NCBI GenBank assembly: GCA_964417635.1
Contig: CAYQIY010000011.1
Coordinates: 33,741 to 97,740 of the forward strand
Length of the DNA: 64,000 nucleotides
Reading direction: 5' to 3'
Source: an uncultured Pseudomonadota bacterium
GTDB lineage: Bacteria > Bacillota > Sulfobacillia > JAUYEF01
This document shows positions 20,244-29,741 of the stretch, piece by piece. How positions within the stretch are numbered: the first letter of the stretch is position 1; each line of letters starts with the position of its first letter. The position numbers and the translations under genes are program-made. Below the pieces are notes generated by a model that was given only the letters and a program-made list of their open reading frames with translations, was not told the origin of the DNA and made no database searches.

Positions 20244-21539
20244 ATGAAGTTGTTGCTGAAAAACGGTAGGGTGGTTGACCCTGCAAACTCGATAGACAAA
20301 GTCATGGACGTGCTCATTGACCAGGGAAAGATAGCTCTTGTACAAGAGAGCGTCGACGTGTCCGAGATCGACCGCGTGATTGATCTGACGGGTAAGATAG
20401 TCGCGCCAGGACTTATAGACATGCATGTGCACTTAAGAGACCCGGGTTTTGAGTACAAAGAAGACATAGTCAGTGGCACACAGGCAGCCGTTGTCGGTGG
20501 CTTCACGAGCGTCGCCTGCATGCCTAACACGAACCCGGTTATGGACTCCCGCGCTATCGTGGAATACGTGGTAGAAAAGGCAAAGCGGGAAGCAAAGGCC
20601 AACGTATTCCCGATTGCAGCCGTTACCAAGGGCTCGAAAGGCGAAGAGATCACAGAGATGGGCGACATGAAGCAGGCGGGAGCGGTGGCATTTTCGGACG
20701 ACGGACTGCCCATAATGAACGCTGAAGTGATGCGCTGTGCGATGGAGTACGCTGCGATGATAGGCGCTCCGATCCTTGACCACTGCGAAGACAAGAACCT
20801 TGCTGCAGGCGGAGCCATGAATTTGGGGCTCGTTTCCACCATCATGGGTATTAAGGGTATACCCGCGGCGGCTGAAGAAGTGCAGGTGGCTCGAGACGTA
20901 GTATTGGCCAAAATGACCGGTGCTCACGTGCACATCTGCCATGTTAGCACGGCCGGATCGGTGGACATACTGAGATGGGCCAAATCTGACGGTGTACGGG
21001 TCACAGCCGAGGCGGCACCTCACCATTTTGGTGCTACCGATGAGCTCGTTAGAGAGCTTGCATACGATACTTCAACCAAGGTAAATCCACCGCTTCGTTC
21101 TCAGCAGGATGTTCGCGCCATTCGGCAAGGGTTAAAGGACGGCACAATTGACGCCATAGCAACTGACCACGCGCCTCACCACAAGAACGACAAAGACGTC
21201 GAATACATCTACGCCGCGAGTGGTATCTCCGGTATAGAGACCGCCGCATCCTTTGTGTTCACCAAACTCGTGAACGACGGTGTGTTAAGTCTAGCCCAGG
21301 CGATAGCCAAACTGAGTGTTGAGCCGGCTCGTATCCTCGGGCTCGATAGAGGAAGTCTTACTCCAGGCAGCGCTGCCGACGTAACTGTCATCGACCCGGA
21401 GGCGGATGTTATCGTGCGGCCCGAAAACTTCGTGTCGAAAGGCAAGAACAGCCCGTTCGGTGGTTGGAGACTGCGTGCGCGCCCAGTATTGACGGTCGTG
21501 GGCGGAAACATCCGGTTTGAGTATGCTGATCAGAATTAG
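20244..21539 (+). CDS. pyrC: Dihydroorotase
   Basis: 431 aa; DMHVHLRDPG metal-binding motif and DHAPH motif. Confidence 0.95.
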   Translation: MKLLLKNGRVVDPANSIDKVMDVLIDQGKIALVQESVDVSEIDRVIDLTGKIVAPGLIDMHVHLRDPGFEYKEDIVSGTQAAVVGGFTSVACMPNTNPVMDSRAIVEYVVEKAKREAKANVFPIAAVTKGSKGEEITEMGDMKQAGAVAFSDDGLPIMNAEVMRCAMEYAAMIGAPILDHCEDKNLAAGGAMNLGLVSTIMGIKGIPAAAEEVQVARDVVLAKMTGAHVHICHVSTAGSVDILRWAKSDGVRVTAEAAPHHFGATDELVRELAYDTSTKVNPPLRSQQDVRAIRQGLKDGTIDAIATDHAPHHKNDKDVEYIYAASGISGIETAASFVFTKLVNDGVLSLAQAIAKLSVEPARILGLDRGSLTPGSAADVTVIDPEADVIVRPENFVSKGKNSPFGGWRLRARPVLTVVGGNIRFEYADQN

Positions 21540-21635
21540 GCTCTTGACGAGAAGGCTCAATTAGGAATACACTACTGGGAAGAAAGCATATAGATACATA
21601 AGTATGTATAGATATGCAAGAGCCGGAGGTGTGTC

Positions 21636-22697
21636 ATGAAAGGAAGATTGGTGCTCGAGGACGGCACAGTGTTTGAGGGCGAGGTGCTCGGGTCGCAAGG
21701 CAAGGTGTCTGGTGAAGTGGTGTTTACCACGAACATGACCGGATACCAAGAAGTGCTCACTGACCCCTCTTTCTGCGGGCAGATCGTTGCGATGACATAC
21801 CCGCTCGTCGGTAACTACGGATTTAACCACTCTAACTCTCAGTCTGCCGCCACATGGGTCAGAGGGTTTGTGGTGCGAGAGGCTTGTGAATTGCCCAGTC
21901 ATTACCAGAGCTCAAAATGCATTTCAGAGTATCTGTGCGAGAATCAGGTGGTAGGCCTCACAGGCGTGGATACCCGTTCTCTCGCCAAGCATATAAGAGA
22001 TTGTGGTAGTATGCGCGGGGTGATCTGTACCAATGGCGAAGACACAAGCGAATTGGTCCGGTTTCTCAGTAACGAAGATTCCGCGAGCCTACTCGAGCAA
22101 GTTACAACTCCTAGGCCATACCGGATAATGGGAGATGGACCGAGGGTAGTCGTGCTCGACCTAGGTATCAAGACAGGCATATTGCGCCAGATGATGGCGC
22201 TCGATTTTGACATAAGCGTGATGCCCGCCGACACTCCAGTTGATGTACTCGCTGACATGAAGATGGACGGTTTGTTCTTGTCCAACGGCCCGGGTAATCC
22301 TGAAGAAGCCGAAGACGCGATAGAGGCAGTCACCAAACTGGCCGGAATTGTGCCGGTGTTCGGCATATGCCTTGGCCATCAAGCGATAGCTCTTGCTCTT
22401 GGGGCCCGCACTTACAAGATGAAGTACGGACACCGAGGCGGGAATCAGCCTGTCAAACACCTGGAATCGGGCAGAACTTACATCACATCTCAGAATCACG
22501 GGTACGCCGTGGACCGTGAGAGCCTGTGCGGGACGGGGCTGGTGGTTACTCATGAGAACCAGAACGACCGTACGGTTGAGGGAATGCGTCACGAGCAAAT
22601 GCCTATAGTGTCTGTGCAGTACCACCCAGAAGGTTTTCCGGGCCCCGAAGATTCGACTTATCTGTTTGCTGAGTTCATGAAGATGATGGAGAGATAG
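21636..22697 (+). CDS. carA: Carbamoyl-phosphate synthase small (glutaminase) subunit
   Basis: 353 aa; GICLGHQ catalytic Cys motif. Confidence 0.95.
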   Translation: MKGRLVLEDGTVFEGEVLGSQGKVSGEVVFTTNMTGYQEVLTDPSFCGQIVAMTYPLVGNYGFNHSNSQSAATWVRGFVVREACELPSHYQSSKCISEYLCENQVVGLTGVDTRSLAKHIRDCGSMRGVICTNGEDTSELVRFLSNEDSASLLEQVTTPRPYRIMGDGPRVVVLDLGIKTGILRQMMALDFDISVMPADTPVDVLADMKMDGLFLSNGPGNPEEAEDAIEAVTKLAGIVPVFGICLGHQAIALALGARTYKMKYGHRGGNQPVKHLESGRTYITSQNHGYAVDRESLCGTGLVVTHENQNDRTVEGMRHEQMPIVSVQYHPEGFPGPEDSTYLFAEFMKMMER

Positions 22698-22703
22698 CAG
22701 AGG

Positions 22704-25700
22704 ATGCCGAAGAGACAAGATGTTAAGAGGGTGCTGCTTTTAGGCTCGGGTCCTATAGTCATTGGACAGGCAGCAGAATTCGACTACGCAGGGAGCCAAG
22801 CGTGTCTCTCGCTCAAAGAAGAGGGTATACAGATTGTGCTTGTGAACTCCAACCCTGCCACCATAATGACCGATCCAACCATGGCAGACAGGGTGTACAT
22901 CGAACCGCTTACGCTGGATATAGTTGAGCAGGTAATATGCAAAGAAAAGCCCGACAGTCTGTTGCCTACGCTGGGTGGACAGGTCGGGCTCAATCTTGCC
23001 AAAGAGTTGCACGAGTCCGGTGTGCTGCAAAGACATGGTGTGCGTCTTCTGGGTACGCCTATTGATGCCATAAGACAGGCAGAAGACAGGCAGATGTTCA
23101 AAGACATGCTTCGCTCGATAGACCAGCCGGTACCCGAAAGTGTTGTCGTGACAAATGCTGATGACGCGTTGCGTTTTGCAACGCGTCACGGTTACCCTGT
23201 TGTTGTGCGTCCGGCGTACACGCTAGGCGGCACCGGGGGGGGCATAGCATACACCGAGAGCGAACTTGCTGAGATTGTGAGAAGAGCGCTCAAGATGAGC
23301 ATCATAGGACAGGCGCTAATAGAAAAATGTGTGTCTGGATGGAAAGAGATCGAGTATGAAGTGATGCGTGATTCGATCGGCAACTGCATCACCGTGTGCA
23401 ATATGGAAAACCTTGATCCGATGGGTATTCACACAGGTGATAGTGTGGTTGTCGCCCCAAGTCAGACCATCTCGCAAGATGAATACCAGATGCTCAGAAG
23501 CGCTTCTCTTAAGATCATAAGCGCGCTCGGTATTGAAGGCGGGTGCAACGTGCAGTTTGCGCTTGATCCTGAGAGCAGCAAGTACTATGTAATTGAGGTC
23601 AACCCCAGGGTGAGCCGTTCTAGCGCGCTCGCGTCCAAAGCCACAGGCTATCCGATTGCGCGTATTGCGGCCAAGATCGCCATTGGGCTCAACCTCGACG
23701 AAATCACAAACCCGATAACCCAGGCTGGCTGCGCCTGTTTTGAGCCAGCACTTGACTACGTCGTCGTCAAAATCCCGCGGTGGCCGTTCGACAAATTCTC
23801 CTTAGGCGATAGACGACTCGGCACGCAGATGAAAGCCACTGGCGAGGTAATGGCTATCGGGCGCAGCTTCGAGAGCGCGCTTCACAAGGCCGTATGTTGC
23901 CTTGAAGCAGACAACAAGGGGTTCTACCTCCCCGGATTGAAGGAGCGTTCGGTGCAGCAATTGCTTGAGCAGGTGGCCTGTGCTGATGACGAACGTCTTT
24001 TCGTTGTCGCCGAACTGCTGAGGCGAGGCGTTGATACCAAGCAGATTCGGTCTGTCTCCTGCATAGACCCGTGGTTTTTGTCTCGCATCAAGAGCATCGT
24101 GCTGATGGAACAGCAGATTGCTGCGGCGAGGCCAGATACCGGACAACCACTTGCAGACGCTCAGCTCGAGGCAGTGAAGCGCGCAAAGAGAATGGGCTTT
24201 CCAGATTCATCGATCGCCTCTATCTGGGGCGTTTCCGAAGCCCAGGTACGCTTGTTGCGTAAGCACAAAGCGCACACGTCGTATCGGATGGTGGACACGT
24301 GTGCGGGCGAATTCAGCGCGCTAACGCCGTACTACTACTCTGTGTTCGGAGAGGCTGACGAAGCTCAGCAATCGGCGGGCTCCGTGATCGTTGTGGGTTC
24401 TGGCCCCATACGTATTGGCCAGGGCATCGAGTTTGACTACTCCTGTGTGCGCGCTGTGCAGGCTTTTCGCAAACAAGGGATCAGGACTGTTGTCATAAAC
24501 AACAACCCTGAGACTGTTAGCACGGACTTCAGCATCTCTGACAGACTGTATTTCGAACCTCTGGCAGTTGAAGACGTGCTTGAAGTAGTGCGAAAGGAGG
24601 CGCCGCTCGGCATAGTGCTTCAGTTCGGCGGGCAGACAGCTATAAACCTTGCACGCTATCTGCACGAAGAAGGCATCCCGGTGCTTGGCACATCTCCGGA
24701 TACCATTGACATGGCTGAAGACAGGCAGCGGTTTGAAGAACTGCTTGCAGAGTTGGGCATAAGCCGTCCGGCCGGTGGCACCGCGCACTCTGTCGAAAGA
24801 GCGTGCGAGATAGCGTGCAACGTAGGATACCCTGTGCTGGTAAGACCTTCTTATGTCTTGGGCGGACGTGCTATGCAGGTTGTTTACAACGAAGCAGCTC
24901 TCAAAGAGTACATGCTGAGCGCCATAAAAGTGAGCCCTGAACACCCCGTGCTCATCGACCAGTATATAAGTGGAGTCGAGATTGAAATCGACGCGGTCGC
25001 AGACGGCGAAGACACACTTATCCCTGCTATCATGGAGCATGTGGAGCGAGCGGGCGTGCACAGCGGGGACAGCATAGCATTCTGTCCCTCGAAGACGCTT
25101 GACTCAGACATCGAGTCAGAGGTCGTGTCGTACGTCAGCAGGATTGCCAAAGCGCTTTCGGTAAGAGGGTTGCTTAATGCGCAGTTTGTGGTGCGAGACA
25201 AGAAAGTGTACGTGCTTGAGGTCAATCCAAGAGCGTCTCGGACCGTGCCGTTTGTGTCCAAAGTGACGGGAGTGCCGCTCGTGGACATAGCAGTAGCTGT
25301 TATGTGTGGTAACACTTTGAGGTCACTGGGCTATACTCCAGGACTCATGCCGCGTCCGACGGTAACCGGCGTCAAGGTACCGGTGTTCTCCTGGGCAAAA
25401 CTAACGCTCGTGGACACCAGCCTCGGGCCTGAGATGAAGTCTACAGGAGAAGTAATGGGAGTGGACACTGATCCCAACACAGCGCTTTACAAGGCGTTGC
25501 TAGCAGCTGGCATATCTTTGGACAGGCGCGGCAGTGTTCTCCTCACCGTGGCCGATAGGGACAAACATGAGTGCGTCAGCATCGCGAGAATGCTGATTGA
25601 AGCAAGGTATGCTCTGGTTGCCACGCCCGGAACGTGTGCTTACTTGCGTGAACACGGTCTAGATGTGCAGCAAGTGCCCAAACTCGACAAGGGAGATCAC

Positions 25701-25991
25701 ATCGTTGAGAGAATTGTCTCCGGAGAGATAACGCTTGTGGTCAACACTCTTACGGGTGGAGAGCGTCCTAGGACTGACGGATTCCGAATCAGGCGTGTGG
25801 CGGTAGAACACGGAATACCTTGCCTCACGAGTTTGGATACCGCACATGCGCTTTGCTCGGTGCTTTGTTCTGGTACTTCTCCCGAGTCCGTGAAAGTCTT
25901 GGCGCTTCAAGATCTGCACTTGGCTGAAGGGAGAGGACACGATGTGGCACAGAGTTGTAGCGGAGGTGCTGGACATCTTGCCGGTCGGTAA
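22704..25991 (+). CDS. carB: Carbamoyl-phosphate synthase large subunit
   Basis: 1095 aa; duplicated ATP-grasp halves and C-terminal MGS-like domain; 3' end overlaps pyrK start by ~50 nt. Confidence 0.95.
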   Translation: MPKRQDVKRVLLLGSGPIVIGQAAEFDYAGSQACLSLKEEGIQIVLVNSNPATIMTDPTMADRVYIEPLTLDIVEQVICKEKPDSLLPTLGGQVGLNLAKELHESGVLQRHGVRLLGTPIDAIRQAEDRQMFKDMLRSIDQPVPESVVVTNADDALRFATRHGYPVVVRPAYTLGGTGGGIAYTESELAEIVRRALKMSIIGQALIEKCVSGWKEIEYEVMRDSIGNCITVCNMENLDPMGIHTGDSVVVAPSQTISQDEYQMLRSASLKIISALGIEGGCNVQFALDPESSKYYVIEVNPRVSRSSALASKATGYPIARIAAKIAIGLNLDEITNPITQAGCACFEPALDYVVVKIPRWPFDKFSLGDRRLGTQMKATGEVMAIGRSFESALHKAVCCLEADNKGFYLPGLKERSVQQLLEQVACADDERLFVVAELLRRGVDTKQIRSVSCIDPWFLSRIKSIVLMEQQIAAARPDTGQPLADAQLEAVKRAKRMGFPDSSIASIWGVSEAQVRLLRKHKAHTSYRMVDTCAGEFSALTPYYYSVFGEADEAQQSAGSVIVVGSGPIRIGQGIEFDYSCVRAVQAFRKQGIRTVVINNNPETVSTDFSISDRLYFEPLAVEDVLEVVRKEAPLGIVLQFGGQTAINLARYLHEEGIPVLGTSPDTIDMAEDRQRFEELLAELGISRPAGGTAHSVERACEIACNVGYPVLVRPSYVLGGRAMQVVYNEAALKEYMLSAIKVSPEHPVLIDQYISGVEIEIDAVADGEDTLIPAIMEHVERAGVHSGDSIAFCPSKTLDSDIESEVVSYVSRIAKALSVRGLLNAQFVVRDKKVYVLEVNPRASRTVPFVSKVTGVPLVDIAVAVMCGNTLRSLGYTPGLMPRPTVTGVKVPVFSWAKLTLVDTSLGPEMKSTGEVMGVDTDPNTALYKALLAAGISLDRRGSVLLTVADRDKHECVSIARMLIEARYALVATPGTCAYLREHGLDVQQVPKLDKGDHIVERIVSGEITLVVNTLTGGERPRTDGFRIRRVAVEHGIPCLTSLDTAHALCSVLCSGTSPESVKVLALQDLHLAEGRGHDVAQSCSGGAGHLAGR

Positions 25992-26730
25992 GGATACCTA
26001 CCGGATGCGGCTTTCGGCACCTGAGTTAGTGCGTGACGCAAGAAGTGGCCAATTCGTAGAAGTGTTGTGTGGAGGAGTCTCGTTACCGTATCTCAGGCGA
26101 CCAATCAGCATCCACAGCCTGGACAAGCAGTGCGGTGTGCTGGGACTGCTTTTTCGTGTGGTCGGATCCGGCACAGAGTACATGGCTTCACTACGCGCAG
26201 GAGACAACGTCGACCTGTTAGGACCTCTTGGCAACGGGTGGCCGGATGTGTCAGCCAAGAACGTGCTGATGTTGGCGGGCGGAATAGGGATTGCGCCAAT
26301 GCCTGAAGCAGCTAAGACATACAAAGCTGCAGGCGCTGACGTAAGGTTCTTGTACGGTGCCAGATCCGAAGATGAACTAGTAGCGCTGGATGCGCTCGAG
26401 GATAGCGGGATACAGCCTGTGCTGGCCACTGACGATGGCTCTCGAGGGTACGAAGGGTTTGTCACCGATCTGCTCCCACAGCAGATTGAAGCGCTCGGCG
26501 ATGCTGTTGTAATGGCGTGTGGGCCAACTCCGATGCTGCGAGTGGCGCAGCGCATATGCCGCGATATGGGCGCTGTGTTATATGTGAGCCTGGAGCAGAA
26601 GATGGCGTGTGGCGTCGGAGCGTGTCTCGGTTGTGTGGTGGAGACTGTGCACCGGTCGCCTCGTTATGTGAAGGTGTGCGCCGACGGGCCTGTGTTCCGT
26701 GCGGATGAGGTGGTGATCGGTGATGTGTAA
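25942..26730 (+). CDS. pyrK: Dihydroorotate dehydrogenase electron-transfer subunit
   Basis: 262 aa; RRPISI FAD-binding motif and C-terminal MACGVGACLGC 2Fe-2S motif. Confidence 0.9.
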   Translation: MWHRVVAEVLDILPVGKDTYRMRLSAPELVRDARSGQFVEVLCGGVSLPYLRRPISIHSLDKQCGVLGLLFRVVGSGTEYMASLRAGDNVDLLGPLGNGWPDVSAKNVLMLAGGIGIAPMPEAAKTYKAAGADVRFLYGARSEDELVALDALEDSGIQPVLATDDGSRGYEGFVTDLLPQQIEALGDAVVMACGPTPMLRVAQRICRDMGAVLYVSLEQKMACGVGACLGCVVETVHRSPRYVKVCADGPVFRADEVVIGDV

Positions 26731-27637
26731 GATGGAAGTGAACCTGGCAGGACTCATACTGAAGAACCCGGTGATGACTGCATCCGGCACTTTTGGGTAC
26801 GGGCGTGAGTACGCGCATGTCGTGCCGCTTCGCGAACTCGGCGCGGTGGTTGTCAAAGGCACGACACTGCTTGCCCGTGACGGTAACCCACCGCCCCGCG
26901 TGGTTGAAACGCCTGCTGGGATGTTGAACGCTATCGGGCTTCAGAACGTGGGTGTAGATGCGTTCTTGCGCGATGAGCTGCCGTTTTTGAGAGACGCCGG
27001 AGCCACCGTGGTATTAAACCTCGCGGGCCACACCGTCAAGGACTACGAGGAGGCCACAGCGCGTGTGGATGGAGCACCGGGTTTGCATGCTATAGAAGTG
27101 AACATCTCGTGTCCGAACGTGTCTATGGGAGGCATGGCGTTCGGAGTTTCGCCTAAGAGCGCCTACGAGGTGGTCGCGGCTGTTAGAAAACGCACGGCGC
27201 TTCCTGTGATAGCAAAACTATCACCCAATGTGACAGACATAAAGCAGATAGCCACTGCGGTTGTTGAAGCGGGTGCGGACGCAGTGTCGCTCATCAATAC
27301 GCTTGTGGGTATGGCGATAGACGTCGATGCCAGACAGCCTGTGCTCAAGAATGTGACTGGAGGACTGTCGGGCCCTGCGGTAAGACCTGTGGCAGTGCGA
27401 ATGGTGTGGGATGTGTGCTCATGCGTTGACGTTCCGGTGGTAGGTATAGGTGGAATTAGCACTGCGCGCGATGCACTCGAGTTTATCATGGCGGGAGCGA
27501 GCGCTGTGCAGGTGGGCACAGCCATGTTCCGAGAGCCAACAGCACCGCTTGAGGTCATTAAGGGTATTGGCGAGTATCTAACGCAGAACTCACTGTGTCT
27601 TGAAGAAATAGTCGGGATAGCAAGGAGGAGTGCGTAG
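26720..27637 (+). CDS. pyrD: Dihydroorotate dehydrogenase catalytic subunit (class 1B)
   Basis: 305 aa; NPVMTASGTFGYG and TIM-barrel PyrD motifs; start may be Met5 (~26732). Confidence 0.95.
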   Translation: MMCKMEVNLAGLILKNPVMTASGTFGYGREYAHVVPLRELGAVVVKGTTLLARDGNPPPRVVETPAGMLNAIGLQNVGVDAFLRDELPFLRDAGATVVLNLAGHTVKDYEEATARVDGAPGLHAIEVNISCPNVSMGGMAFGVSPKSAYEVVAAVRKRTALPVIAKLSPNVTDIKQIATAVVEAGADAVSLINTLVGMAIDVDARQPVLKNVTGGLSGPAVRPVAVRMVWDVCSCVDVPVVGIGGISTARDALEFIMAGASAVQVGTAMFREPTAPLEVIKGIGEYLTQNSLCLEEIVGIARRSA

Positions 27638-27638
27638 A

Positions 27639-28364
27639 TTGAGCAAGAGAGACAGGATCATAGTCGCGCTCGACACCACCAATCTGAACGATGCTCGTGC
27701 TGTGGTCGAGAAACTTCAGGGCAGTGCCAGATGGTTTAAGGTAGGCATGGAGCTATTCTATTCAGCCGGCTGGCAGGCGGTCGAGATGGTGAGCGGCTCG
27801 GGGGCAAGCGTGTTCTTGGACCTTAAGTTCAACGATATCCCGAACACGGTGCAAGGAGCTTTCCGGTCTTGTCTTAGACCGGGGGTTGGGATGATCAACA
27901 TGCACACCACAGCCGGGCTTGAGGCGATGAAAAGTGCAATGCAGCAAGTGCAGCAGATCGAGGTCCATGCTAGGCCAATGGTGATCGGAGTTACGGTTCT
28001 CACGAGCCTTGACGAAGCCGCACTGAACGAGCAGTTAGGAATGCCCGGCAGTGTGATGCAAAATGTCACGCGACTGGCCGGTCTGGCGAAGCAGGCAGGG
28101 CTCTGCGGTGTGGTTGCGTCTCCACTCGAGACCCGCGCAATAAAGCAGGCGTGTGGGCAAGACATGATAGTTGTCACACCCGGCGTCAGGCCGGTGTGGT
28201 CGGGCACGCAGGACCAGAGGCGTTTTGCATCTCCGGCGCAGGCTTTTGCCGATGGAGCTGACTATATAGTGATCGGAAGACCTGTTACCGCCGCTGTCGA
28301 TCCTCTTAGCGCATATGAGCGGATCGCTGAAGAAGTAGAAGCACAACAGGGGGGAAGAGTGTGA
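27639..28364 (+). CDS. pyrF: Orotidine 5'-phosphate decarboxylase
   Basis: ORF 27630..28364; start moved to TTG (Leu4) after AAGGAGGAG; IIVALD and DLKFNDIPNT motifs. Confidence 0.9.
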   Translation: MSKRDRIIVALDTTNLNDARAVVEKLQGSARWFKVGMELFYSAGWQAVEMVSGSGASVFLDLKFNDIPNTVQGAFRSCLRPGVGMINMHTTAGLEAMKSAMQQVQQIEVHARPMVIGVTVLTSLDEAALNEQLGMPGSVMQNVTRLAGLAKQAGLCGVVASPLETRAIKQACGQDMIVVTPGVRPVWSGTQDQRRFASPAQAFADGADYIVIGRPVTAAVDPLSAYERIAEEVEAQQGGRV

Positions 28365-28933
28365 CAGAGAACGAGATCATCTCACTGTTTGAGGAGACAG
28401 GAGTCATTCTTACCGGCCATTTCCGCCTTACGAGCGGTAGGCACAGTGATCGTTTCCTCCAGTGTTCGCAGGTATTGCAGCATCCTGCTGCAACCGAGGC
28501 GCTGTGCAAACAGCTCGCGTCCAAATTCGCGGACGACAAAATCGATGTCGTGGCAGGCCCCGCTATGGGCGGAATCATATTGGCATACGAGGTCAGCAGA
28601 GCTCTTGGCGCGCGAGCAATATACGCCGAACGCGAAGATGGCCAGATGGTGTTACGTCGTGGATTCCACGTGGGACCGAACGAGAACGTGCTGTTGGTAG
28701 AAGACGCCGTAAGCACCGGAGGATCTGTCAATCAGGTCGCGGAAGTGATAGCCGCGTGTGGTGCAAGAATAGTGGGTATCGGGGCGCTTGTGGACAGGAC
28801 AGGTGGCAAAGTGTCTTTCGGCGTACCGTTCAGACCTCTCATTAGCATGGAGATCAAGTCGTATTCACCCGCAGAATGCCCGATGTGCCAACAAGGAATT
28901 CCACTGTATCTGCCGAAATCTGGCCGGCGCTAG
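28361..28933 (+). CDS. pyrE: Orotate phosphoribosyltransferase
   Basis: 190 aa; VLLVEDAVSTGGS PRPP-binding motif. Confidence 0.95.
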   Translation: MTENEIISLFEETGVILTGHFRLTSGRHSDRFLQCSQVLQHPAATEALCKQLASKFADDKIDVVAGPAMGGIILAYEVSRALGARAIYAEREDGQMVLRRGFHVGPNENVLLVEDAVSTGGSVNQVAEVIAACGARIVGIGALVDRTGGKVSFGVPFRPLISMEIKSYSPAECPMCQQGIPLYLPKSGRR

Positions 28934-28947
28934 TCAGGCGTACGATA

Positions 28948-28989
28948 CACCGGCTGTCCTACTGATGATGACAGCCGGTGTTTGCTTGA
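28948..28989 (+). terminator. Terminator downstream of pyrE
   Basis: Perfect 11-bp inverted repeat CACCGGCTGTC...GACAGCCGGTG followed by TTTGCTTG. Confidence 0.55.
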
Positions 28990-29078
28990 CTGGAGCGTGC
29001 TAGGCTAACATTGCCCAAGGCTGCAAAACCGCGAAAACGCGCGCTTGAGCGACGTCTAGTCAGAAAAAGGCACGGAGA

Positions 29079-29096
29079 TTGTGAAAAAAATCACTT
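29079..29096. promoter_or_regulatory. Rex-like operator half-palindrome overlapping a TTGACA -35 box
   Basis: TTGTGAAAAAAATCACTT: perfect TTGTGAA half-site plus partial TCAC partner, against the Rex consensus TTGTGAAnnnnTTCACAA; placed upstream of the hydrogenase locus. Confidence 0.35.
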
Positions 29097-29149
29097 GACA
29101 TATGTACAGTATAGATTCACACTTAGTTATGGAAAGGGGGGTTAACTTG

Positions 29150-29713
29150 ATGGCGCAGGAACAGGATGCGCTTGCGATGAGGGTCAAGCGCTTCAGAGAG
29201 AACAACAACATGTCTGTGCGAGCGCTTGCCGCAAGAGTAGGAGTGACTCCCAGTTTTATCTATCAGCTGGAACAGGGCAAGGTTTCGGCTTCATATTCGA
29301 CTCTTAAGAGCATAGCCTCCGCTCTGCACACTTCTGTATCGGTGCTTGCCGGTGACGAAGTACCGACTGAGTGGTTCCTAGTCAAAAAGCACGACAGACG
29401 GAAATTGGTGCTCGACGGCACGGGGATGGCTTACGAACTGCTGAACTTCACGGGAGCGCGTGCTAAGCGAATGCATCCGCTGTTTTTCACGCTGGATGCA
29501 GGTGCTGAGGAGCGAGGTACTCTGTACGAGCACGAGAGAGAAGAGTTTGTGTTTCTAATTGAGGGACAGTTGGAGATCGTGATGGCAGGCAAGAAATACA
29601 CGCTTGAGGGCGGAGACGCGCTGTACTTCATGTTTGAGAGGCCTGAGGTCATCAGGAACACAGGAGAGAGCAAAGCCCAAGGCATTCTGGTGGTATCACC
29701 TCCGGGCGTATAG
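29150..29713 (+). CDS. XRE-family transcriptional regulator with C-terminal cupin domain
   Basis: ORF 29102..29713; start at Met17 after GGAAAGGGGGG; N-terminal HTH (MSVRALAARVGVTPSFIYQLEQGK), C-terminal cupin-like beta segment. Confidence 0.8.
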   Translation: MAQEQDALAMRVKRFRENNNMSVRALAARVGVTPSFIYQLEQGKVSASYSTLKSIASALHTSVSVLAGDEVPTEWFLVKKHDRRKLVLDGTGMAYELLNFTGARAKRMHPLFFTLDAGAEERGTLYEHEREEFVFLIEGQLEIVMAGKKYTLEGGDALYFMFERPEVIRNTGESKAQGILVVSPPGV

Positions 29714-29741
29714 CAGCACAGTGAATGAGAGGTGTGTTGTA

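Noticed and set aside
20000-20911. 303-aa minus-strand ORF overlapping pyrB/pyrC
   Set aside because: Antisense to two well-conserved pyr genes; Ser/Thr/Ala-rich low-complexity translation; no RBS context
21587-21616. ARG box (ArgR/AhrC operator) interpretation of the AT-rich dyad before carA
   Set aside because: Half-sites ACATA/TATGT do not fit the TGAAT-N4-ATTCA consensus; retained only as an operator of unknown specificity
24321-25061. 246-aa minus-strand ORF inside carB
   Set aside because: Antisense to carB with no family resemblance; GC-rich frame artefact
29604-29741. N-terminal extension of the hydrogenase NuoE/F ORF reported by the ORF track
   Set aside because: Overlaps the 3' end of the XRE-cupin regulator in another frame; a GTG with GAGAGGTG RBS at ~29742 gives a start consistent with NuoE-like N-termini
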